Positions 57,083 to 64,000 of a stretch of DNA of 64,000 bases are shown here, piece by piece (position 1 is the first letter of the stretch; each line of letters begins with the position of its first letter). Under the pieces are notes generated by a model. It had not been told where the DNA came from and searched no databases. It was given only the letters and a program-made list of their open reading frames with translations. The translations under genes and the position numbers were made by a program. Source of the DNA: an uncultured Nitrospirales bacterium (GTDB taxonomy: Bacteria; Hydrogenedentota; Hydrogenedentia; Hydrogenedentales; Hydrogenedentaceae); NCBI GenBank assembly GCA_964549105.1, contig CAZJTZ010000006.1:29273-93272 (forward strand), given 5' to 3'.

Positions 57083-57214
57083 AACTCTCTCAAATAAATT
57101 TCTATTACAATGTTGTGTTCTTCAAGTAAATTAAGAAACTTTCATAACCTATATTTGTATTATGTATAATTTACCTTTGTGAATGGTGTAATTTCAAAAA
57201 GAGAAAAATGAATC

Positions 57215-58096
57215 ATGTCTGTAAATGAAGCAACAACTGAACTATGTCCGTGTTATGTCGGCGTGTCTGGCTGGTCGTATCGGGACTGGAAAGGGACTGT
57301 ATACCCTCAGGACTTGCAACGGACAATACATCCGATTAAATATCTTTCTCAATGGATTAACTGTGTAGAAGTGAATGTAACCTTTTATCACCCTGTGCCA
57401 CCATCAACAAGTCAGGCATGGGTAAGTCATGTAAAAGATAACCCATTCTTCCTGTTCACAGTAAAACTATGGAATAAGTTTACTCACGAGCAAACGCTAA
57501 AAATAGACATCAACAATATTAGCCAATTTGTCGAATCAATAGGACCCATTGCTGAAGCGAATAAGTTAGGTTGCGTGTTCATTCAATTTCCACATAGATT
57601 TCATCGCACCCCTGAAAATAGAAAATACCTTGCTGAACTTACCGAGACTTTAACACCCTTACCTATTGCAGTAGAATTCCGTCATAAATCATGGCTACAT
57701 CCGCAAACATTAGAGTCCTTCCGTGAGAGAGGTCTAATATTTTGTAATATTGACCAACCTCTGGCAGATAGAACTTGTTTGCCACCGACGGAGGAAGTCA
57801 CCGCTGATTCTGCGTATGTCCGATTTCATGGCAGAAATATAGAAAATTGGTTTTCTGAAAAGTCCAATCGAGATAATAGATACAACTACCTTTATTCAGA
57901 TAAAGAATTAGACCCCTGGGTAGATAGTATTCAACGAATGCGGACCAAAGCCAAACGAATATTTGTCCTTATGAACAATCATTTTGCAGGCAAAGCACTC
58001 ATCAACGCTATCCAACTCCGTCAAAAATTAGGCTACCCCATCACCACACCTATCCCCTACGAACTCCAAAAATTGCAAAACATTCCTGCTCCATAA
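57215..58096 (+). CDS. DUF72 family protein (YecE-like)
   Basis: YVGVSGWSYRDWKGTVYP, VEVNVTFY and FEFRH motifs are typical of DUF72. Confidence 0.75.
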   Translation: MSVNEATTELCPCYVGVSGWSYRDWKGTVYPQDLQRTIHPIKYLSQWINCVEVNVTFYHPVPPSTSQAWVSHVKDNPFFLFTVKLWNKFTHEQTLKIDINNISQFVESIGPIAEANKLGCVFIQFPHRFHRTPENRKYLAELTETLTPLPIAVEFRHKSWLHPQTLESFRERGLIFCNIDQPLADRTCLPPTEEVTADSAYVRFHGRNIENWFSEKSNRDNRYNYLYSDKELDPWVDSIQRMRTKAKRIFVLMNNHFAGKALINAIQLRQKLGYPITTPIPYELQKLQNIPAP

Positions 58097-58202
58097 ATAG
58101 ATTTTCAGAAATCTAAATTTATAGGGAAATCAGAGGAAAGAAAATTTAGATTTTGAGTATATCTGCTTAATTTAGAGCAAAAGAGAAAAATAGTTTTAGT
58201 AT

Positions 58203-59144
58203 CTATTCGTTTATTGGGGTATATCGAAACAATTCTCTCCCTCGAATTTCAAAAGCCTCGATTTTATGTTGATAGAGCAGGTCTTTAATCAAGGGCTTCA
58301 CTGTATTTTCTGGAACATCTAAGGCAAATGCCAATTCGGGCAAAGAGCAGGGATGCCGTTGTAAAACATTCAGAATGTCATCCACAGTAAGGTGAATCTC
58401 ATGTAAAGGTGATGAATCCTTAGACACTACCGGATATTCCGCAATAACCTCTGCGGCTGGTGTAAATAACGATGCAAATTTTTCTAATTCTTGAATAGTT
58501 AGTCCTGATATTGATAAGTCCGCAGGAGGACGCGTCACAGTGTTCAATTGGATACGGTCAGGACTCATTTGAGCAGCACACTGGGCGATTTGAATCACCT
58601 CTTCTTTAGTATCGGTTATACCCTTTATTAAAAATACTTCCAGCCATATTTGACCGGGATATTCACGACGAAATTGAATTAAACCGTTAAGAAAAGTTTC
58701 AAAAGTAATATCAGGAACAGGTTTGTTTACTTTTTGAAAGGTATGTTCATTCCCTGCATCTAAAGATGGGCACACTACATCTACTTCCATTAAATCCCTT
58801 CGAACATCGGGCTGAAATAATAAAGAGCCATTTGTCAGGACAGCCACAGGGATAGAAGTCATTTCCTTTATCTTAGAAACAATTGTTCCCAGTTCGCTAT
58901 GAAGTGTAGGTTCTCCCGAACCTGCCAAAGTTATAAAATCCGCATGCACCTCTCTCAATTTGCGGCTCAGTTCATCTATAATCTCTGAGACACTACAAAA
59001 AGAACCCCGTTCAAGGGCTTTACAGGTCGTAGGTCCTAATTGACAATAGATACAATCTTGCGTGCAGGTCTTAAAAGGAACCAGGTCTATCCCCAAAGAT
59101 TTTCCTAACCTTCGAGAATAAACCGGACCAAAAACATGATTCAC
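58203..59144 (-). CDS. Radical SAM protein (COG0731-like Fe-S oxidoreductase) with C-terminal winged-helix-like domain
   Basis: GPVYSRRLGKSLGIDLVPFKTCTQDCIYCQ contains the CxxxCxxC radical-SAM cluster motif. A GSGEPT SAM-binding-like motif is present. Confidence 0.75.
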   Translation of the reverse strand: MNHVFGPVYSRRLGKSLGIDLVPFKTCTQDCIYCQLGPTTCKALERGSFCSVSEIIDELSRKLREVHADFITLAGSGEPTLHSELGTIVSKIKEMTSIPVAVLTNGSLLFQPDVRRDLMEVDVVCPSLDAGNEHTFQKVNKPVPDITFETFLNGLIQFRREYPGQIWLEVFLIKGITDTKEEVIQIAQCAAQMSPDRIQLNTVTRPPADLSISGLTIQELEKFASLFTPAAEVIAEYPVVSKDSSPLHEIHLTVDDILNVLQRHPCSLPELAFALDVPENTVKPLIKDLLYQHKIEAFEIRGRELFRYTPINE

Positions 59145-59185
59145 ATCTTTAGCCTTTACAAGTGAAAGTGGACAAATATCTCTAT

Positions 59186-59365
59186 TTATTCAGGAAGGGA
59201 TATGGCTTCAGAAGGACATTCATCTACGCAAGCACCGCAGTCACCGCACTGGTCCGGGTCAACTACGGCTTTTCCGTCATCATTCAAATGAATGGCTTCT
59301 GTGGGGCATACATCAACGCAACTTCCACAACCGGTGCATTTTTCTGGGTCAACTATTGCTGCCAT
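59186..59365 (-). CDS. Unannotated 59-aa 2x[4Fe-4S] ferredoxin
   Basis: Manual translation of the minus strand gives MAAIVDPEKCTGCGSCVDVCPTEAIHLNDDGKAVVDPDQCGDCGACVDECPSEAISLPE, which contains two CxxCxxCxxxCP motifs. An AAAGGAG Shine-Dalgarno lies 7 nt upstream of the ATG. The ORF track instead lists a spurious plus-strand ORF at 59162..59383. Confidence 0.8.
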   Translation of the reverse strand: MAAIVDPEKCTGCGSCVDVCPTEAIHLNDDGKAVVDPDQCGDCGACVDECPSEAISLPE

Positions 59366-59497
59366 GTTTATACTCCTTTGTAAGTTTTTAAAATAAAACC
59401 TCTCCCAATAACAAAAAATTCCTAACAGAACAAACTCATAAATTGAAGATTAATTATATCATATTTTAGGATATTTTTCTAATAGATACAAACCCAT

Positions 59498-60346
59498 TTA
59501 GAAAGTTGAAAAAGCCTCTATTCCCTTTTCTACCGTTGTATGAAGTTCCTCTTTAAAATCCTCAATAAAGGTATTCTTTATTTTCAAAGTTTCAAATACG
59601 AAGGGTGGAAGTTCTGGAACTGTCTGTCGAACAGAGTCACCCATTTCAATGGAATAAGTTAAGGCATTGGATAGAGCCACCAAACAGGTTAAGTGGATAA
59701 ATTCTGGAGGAGTTTTTTCAGGATTGTGATGGTAATGAATGGATTGCACAATAACCTCAGGTAAATTCCAATGGTTTGCCAGCAAGGTTCCTACTTCTGA
59801 ATGGTCAGCACCAAAATAGTGGGGTTCTACTTTATTTAATGGAAGTGCTTTGGCTCTTGCTTCCTTTACTGTTTCCTGAAACAATTCAGGGTCAAGATAA
59901 TCAAATACGACTTTCCCAATATCATGTAATAAACCGGCCTCAAAAGGACTACCTTCTTCTACATGAAATTTACGGCTCAGAACTTCTGAGGTTATGGCAC
60001 AGGCAAGGGTATGGTTCCACAGTTTAGTTCGGTCCAGATATTTGGAGGAATTATAAAAAAAACGAAATGCAGTAGCCGAAAGAGCAATGCTTCGAATCTC
60101 CCTATATCCCAAAATAACAATTGCCTCTGTTAGACTACTAATTTGTCGAGGAAAACCGTAATAAGCAGAATTAACTACACGCAAAATACCCCCCGCTAAA
60201 CTCTGGTCTGAACTTATTAATTTGGCAAGTGCAATTGCAGAACTGTCCGGGTCAGCCATTTCATGCAGAATGGCGGAAATAGTAGTCGGTAAAGTGGGAA
60301 GATTGGAAATTCTTTCTATAATCCCAATAGATTGCCATTTAACCAT
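59498..60346 (-). CDS. HDOD domain protein (HD-related output/signalling domain)
   Basis: The stretch from LPTLP to HDIGK shows the HDOD pattern (AYYGFPRQISSL...LWNHTLACA...GLLHDIGK). Confidence 0.7.
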   Translation of the reverse strand: MVKWQSIGIIERISNLPTLPTTISAILHEMADPDSSAIALAKLISSDQSLAGGILRVVNSAYYGFPRQISSLTEAIVILGYREIRSIALSATAFRFFYNSSKYLDRTKLWNHTLACAITSEVLSRKFHVEEGSPFEAGLLHDIGKVVFDYLDPELFQETVKEARAKALPLNKVEPHYFGADHSEVGTLLANHWNLPEVIVQSIHYHHNPEKTPPEFIHLTCLVALSNALTYSIEMGDSVRQTVPELPPFVFETLKIKNTFIEDFKEELHTTVEKGIEAFSTF

Positions 60347-60495
60347 AAATCATGTTCCCTAATTGTAAAAAATTAATTCCAATAAAATATTAATACCTTT
60401 GTAATATATTACTCAAAAGGAAAGTATAAATAAAATTCAGGAATGATTTTATTAAAATATCTTGTTTAAATCAAAAACGATAAGGAAGCAAATAT

Positions 60496-60975
60496 ATGGC
60501 AACACAAAAAAGTTACTCTATTAATGAAGGGGATAGTGCACCAAATTTTATATTAAAAAGTCACCGAGGTGAAGAAATCCAATTATCTGATTTTCATGGT
60601 AAATATGTTGTGCTTTATTTTTATCCGAAGGATAATACACCGGGTTGCACTATGGAAGCCAGAGAATTCAGTAATCTATTACCTCAATTTGAAGCGAAAA
60701 ATGCTGTGGTTTTAGGTGTGAGTCCTGACTCAATAGATTCCCATTGTTCCTTTGCTGACAAGTATCAACTTGGTTTCCATCTACTATCCGACGACGGACA
60801 TAAGGTCGCAGAGAAGTATGAAGTATGGGGTGAGAAGAATATGTATGGCAAGATAACTCAGGGGATTATTCGCAGCACTTTTCTCATCGGTCCTGATGGT
60901 AAAGTCGTGCGAGTATGGAGAAAAGTTAAACCAGAAGGACATGCCCAAAAGGTATTAGAAAGTATCCATTTATAA
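60496..60975 (+). CDS. bcp: Thioredoxin-dependent peroxiredoxin Bcp (AhpC/TSA family)
   Basis: FYPKDNTPGCTMEA peroxidatic Cys motif. Length 159 aa. Confidence 0.85.
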   Translation: MATQKSYSINEGDSAPNFILKSHRGEEIQLSDFHGKYVVLYFYPKDNTPGCTMEAREFSNLLPQFEAKNAVVLGVSPDSIDSHCSFADKYQLGFHLLSDDGHKVAEKYEVWGEKNMYGKITQGIIRSTFLIGPDGKVVRVWRKVKPEGHAQKVLESIHL

Positions 60976-61011
60976 AAGGTCATACATAAACAACGGAATA
61001 TCGGATAGGAC

Positions 61012-61863
61012 TTATCGTGAGCCTACAACCCGGTCTCTTGTGAATTCACGCCACAAAACAAACCACACTGCTAAAAAGATAAAAAAAACAGATATGACGG
61101 ATATAGTAATTATCGCCCGTAATGGGCTAACAAAGAAAAGTTCTTTTTGAAAACTTCCAAGAACGGTCATAACGGCTCTATTATATCGTTGAGAAGCAAG
61201 GATAGGAAACATAGAATCCAAATATTTTTGGATGGTCCAAAAATCAGCGATACCGGGGATAAAGTTTGCTGCTTTTTCCCACCCGAAGAACAGTATTACC
61301 CCGATAATAATTGGGTAATTGGTGGCACAACCTAACATAAAACTGATGGCTCCATATCCCAACAAACCCATAATGCCAATCCCGATATACCGTAACATCA
61401 TTCCAACCCCTACAGAATCAATATGGATACTTCCCAGAACAACGCAAGCAATAAAAGTGAATAATATCCCGATTGCTAATAAAAAACTTGCAATGAGCAT
61501 GTAGGCAAAAAATCTCCCTATCACCCATACAAACCGCGATACAGGTCTTGTAAGCAGGTATATTATTGTTAACGAATCTACCTCCTCCCGAATACCAATT
61601 AAACCAATAAATAAAGCCAATAATGGGGTCAAAGTATGGACATATATTTGTTCGGAAAGACGAATAAATATATCTAAACCACTTTCACGAAACACAGTCC
61701 TCGAAAAGAGAGCCACAAAAATAGGTATAATCACTGGTAGAACGCAAATGACAGCCATCAATAAAAAACGGTCTCGGCGTAAAGTAATAGTTAAGGCATG
61801 GAAAAACGAAGTTTTTGTATCTAGATAAAGGTCACTTATTTTTTTGATTTGTATTCCCATCAT
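61012..61863 (-). CDS. ABC-2 type transporter permease
   Basis: 6-TM hydrophobic profile, immediately downstream of an ABC ATPase gene. Confidence 0.6.
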   Translation of the reverse strand: MMGIQIKKISDLYLDTKTSFFHALTITLRRDRFLLMAVICVLPVIIPIFVALFSRTVFRESGLDIFIRLSEQIYVHTLTPLLALFIGLIGIREEVDSLTIIYLLTRPVSRFVWVIGRFFAYMLIASFLLAIGILFTFIACVVLGSIHIDSVGVGMMLRYIGIGIMGLLGYGAISFMLGCATNYPIIIGVILFFGWEKAANFIPGIADFWTIQKYLDSMFPILASQRYNRAVMTVLGSFQKELFFVSPLRAIITISVISVFFIFLAVWFVLWREFTRDRVVGSR

Positions 61864-61868
61864 GTTGA

Positions 61869-62807
61869 TTACAGTCCTCGGGGTATATGGGTTGAGATTA
61901 AGTATTGGAATACAGATTGCAAGTCTTCATCTGCACAGCGGAAACTAAATATAGGAATTTTCCCCTCTAAAATAATTTTGTTAATACACTTAAAAGTTTG
62001 TAAGGGGTCAATCGTATGCACTGTCAGAAATTGGGTATCAAAATTCACACTTGTAATATTTGAATCAGAACTTAATAGTTGATAGACTTTTTTGGGTTCC
62101 AGCGTTTCAATTACGATAGTGCGTGGATGGTTTTGGATTAAATCCCGTATTTCGCGTATTTTTCCAAGAGCCAACACTCTACCATTATAGATTAAAATAA
62201 CTGTATCCGTTACGCGTTCTACCTCGTGAAGGACATGACTTGAAAAAACAACCGTTTTCCCTTCATTTCCCAGGCTAATAACTAAATGGAATAGTTCTTC
62301 TCGTGCCGTCGGGTCTAATCCGTTCATAGGTTCATCTAAAAATAGTATTTGTGGGTCATGAAGGAGTGATTGAGCCAATTTAATACGCTGACGCATTCCT
62401 TTACTATAGGTAGAAATCGGGTCATACATTCGGTCTACCATGTGAACTCGCTCTAATACATCTTCTACTCGCTTTTTTGCTACTCTGGGATTATAACCGG
62501 AATATCTGGCTAACCAATATAAAAATTCAAAGCCACTGACTTCTTCTACAAAATGGTCCATTTCAGGACAATATCCAAGTCTTGAAAGGACATGGAAATT
62601 ATTGCGCGGTTTTTCTCCTAAAATCCGAATCTCGCCACGACTGGGACGATAGAGTCCCAGTGCCAATTTAATGAAGGTAGATTTTCCCGCTCCATTGGGT
62701 CCTAATAGACCCACTACACCTGAAGGTATCTGGATAGATACATTATTTAATGCAACGACTTCTCCAAACCATTTTGACAGTTCTTTTGTCTCTATTTGAA
62801 CATCCAC
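61869..62807 (-). CDS. ABC transporter ATP-binding protein
   Basis: Walker A GLLGPNGAGKST, signature YSKGMRQR, Walker B ILFLDEP and H-loop SSHVL. Confidence 0.85.
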   Translation of the reverse strand: MDVQIETKELSKWFGEVVALNNVSIQIPSGVVGLLGPNGAGKSTFIKLALGLYRPSRGEIRILGEKPRNNFHVLSRLGYCPEMDHFVEEVSGFEFLYWLARYSGYNPRVAKKRVEDVLERVHMVDRMYDPISTYSKGMRQRIKLAQSLLHDPQILFLDEPMNGLDPTAREELFHLVISLGNEGKTVVFSSHVLHEVERVTDTVILIYNGRVLALGKIREIRDLIQNHPRTIVIETLEPKKVYQLLSSDSNITSVNFDTQFLTVHTIDPLQTFKCINKIILEGKIPIFSFRCADEDLQSVFQYLISTHIPRGL

Positions 62808-62810
62808 TTG

Positions 62811-63704
62811 CTAACCTTTCTCTGCTTTCCGCACTTGTATAATACTTATCAGTAAAAAGAGGATACAAGACAATGCTATATATAGGAACATTCCCGTAAC
62901 ATTAATATCATCCATTGTGCGGAAAAAGATGTTCCGATTAATATTGAAGATTCTCTGTCCCATAAAATAGATAGCCACAGGCAATGAAATTTGCATGTAA
63001 TTCCCATCTCTCATGAAATTAGAAAGCAATCCTGCTAATGAGGTGTTCGCAATAATAATTGTTACTATACTAATTACAGTTATATTTTCCGTTGAGAAGA
63101 TACTTGATGCAGCAATAATTCCTAACGCCGTAGGAAGAACTAATATCAAAGAGAAAAACAAACTATCAGAGGCTATAGGAAAATAGTTGATGAGTCCTAA
63201 CCAGGTAGAACTTTTCTTGGTGGTATAATCTGTGAGCATAAGGATAAGTGCTGGAAAAAAGGTTAGAGAAAAGCCACAAAAGACAATGGATAACAATTTA
63301 CCTAATAAATAATCATACCAGTGGATAGGTTTAGAAAAATAAATATCCCATAGCCTATTTTTTCGGTCTGAACAAATTGCCCCTGCACCGACATAAAGCA
63401 AAATAAGCAGGACAAGGGGCGCCTGTAAACGAATAAAGTGAAAATATAATTCATTATCCACTTTTATCCATGTCACGGAACGAATGAGTGGAGCCAGTGG
63501 ATGATTGGGGTCTTGCATAGCAGCGTTATACACGATAATCTGGAGAAATCGTGCAATAGGCTGTAACATCCCTAATAAGAAGAGCACAAGAAAGATACGA
63601 GAACGATTCCAGAGTCGCACTTCTTCAAGAAAAACAACCCACCAGCGGAACCGACGAACATACTTCCCCTCAAAGGGTCTATAAGAGAATGAGAATACTG
63701 GCAT
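62811..63704 (-). CDS. ABC-2 family permease-like membrane protein
   Basis: Polytopic hydrophobic protein between two ABC ATPase genes. Confidence 0.5.
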   Translation of the reverse strand: MPVFSFSYRPFEGKYVRRFRWWVVFLEEVRLWNRSRIFLVLFLLGMLQPIARFLQIIVYNAAMQDPNHPLAPLIRSVTWIKVDNELYFHFIRLQAPLVLLILLYVGAGAICSDRKNRLWDIYFSKPIHWYDYLLGKLLSIVFCGFSLTFFPALILMLTDYTTKKSSTWLGLINYFPIASDSLFFSLILVLPTALGIIAASSIFSTENITVISIVTIIIANTSLAGLLSNFMRDGNYMQISLPVAIYFMGQRIFNINRNIFFRTMDDINVTGMFLYIALSCILFLLISIIQVRKAEKG

Positions 63705-63707
63705 AGT

Positions 63708-64000
63708 TTAATTTACCTCTCCTTTTTCCGCAGTAGTCTGAAACAGGTCAATAAGGCTACCTCCCGTTGGGACAAAAGAACGCACAAAGGTGCCTGCCCG
63801 TTGTGCACATCGAAAAATTTCCTCTCGAGGTAAGTTGTCATGGAGGTGAATAGATAAAATACCTCGGGGTAGTTCTTGAAATTCGACCCCTAACTTATTT
63901 AATTCTTCTTTGAAAGGTTCCATAGGCTCCTGAACTGTAATCTCATAATGGTTTGCATGACTATCAATGAGAGACTGTAAATTGCCACAGAATATCAAAC
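63708..64000 (-). CDS. Partial (window-truncated) C-terminal region of a second ABC ATPase (DUF4162-like C-terminal domain)
   Basis: The ORF is open to the window edge. The assignment rests on operon context and a small alpha/beta C-terminal domain; it is weak. Confidence 0.35.
   Translation of the reverse strand, partial: LIFCGNLQSLIDSHANHYEITVQEPMEPFKEELNKLGVEFQELPRGILSIHLHDNLPREEIFRCAQRAGTFVRSFVPTGGSLIDLFQTTAEKGEVN

Noticed and set aside
58108-58156. 12-bp inverted repeat (aaatctaaattt / aaatttagattt) between convergent DUF72 and radical SAM genes
   Set aside because: AT-only stem with a 24-nt loop and no T-tract. At best a weak bidirectional terminator, so not listed as a feature.
59162-59383. 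73-aa plus-strand ORF from the track
   Set aside because: The opposite strand encodes a textbook 2x[4Fe-4S] ferredoxin with a Shine-Dalgarno. The plus-strand ORF is Cys/Ala-rich mirror noise.

Overview
This is a 64 kb AT-rich bacterial chromosomal window, densely coding on both strands. It has Gram-negative hallmarks (kdsB, two prepilin-type/DUF1559 pseudopilin-like genes, two Hanks-type Ser/Thr kinases) that suggest a PVC-like or candidate-phylum lineage; this lineage guess is inference only.

Recognisable core genes:
- tRNA-Ser(GGA).
- relA/spoT-type (p)ppGpp synthetase.
- pyrG-kdsB.
- ndk.
- rmuC and a DJ-1 family protein.
- cydAB.
- araB.
- The conserved rpsF-ssb-rpsR-(membrane protein)-rplI-dnaB-dapA block.
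- A Bcp peroxiredoxin.
- An ABC-2 transporter cluster.

Accessory or unusual content:
1. A partial GH78-like rhamnosidase fused to an L,D-transpeptidase domain, next to a class-II Fic AMPylase and a secreted clan GH-A hydrolase.
2. An orphan 2-hydroxyacyl-CoA dehydratase-like trio (two subunits plus activase) beside an Fe-ADH, a TIM-barrel sugar isomerase and a TAT-exported Gfo/Idh/MocA oxidoreductase.
3. Two large secreted proteins, a papain-like protease with PASTA domains and a GLUG-repeat protein, that share an unusual C-terminal module: a long (x-E-G-x)n tandem repeat followed by a dockerin-like double EF-hand domain carrying conserved cysteines.
4. A truncated ISL3-family transposase whose 26-36 bp terminal repeat recurs 9.6 kb away inside the 5' end of the GLUG gene. 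It is followed by a block of uncharacterised membrane-anchored proteins.
5. A two-gene AAA_21 ATPase plus small TOPRIM/RloB-like module (AbiL/PARIS-like anti-phage candidate) in an AT-rich pocket.
6. A ~46 bp dispersed repeat present in opposite orientations.
7. Two small genes missed by the ORF track: a 59-aa 2x[4Fe-4S] ferredoxin upstream of a radical SAM gene, and a 30-aa highly basic peptide between ndk and a strong intrinsic terminator.

No rRNA genes and no CRISPR arrays were seen.
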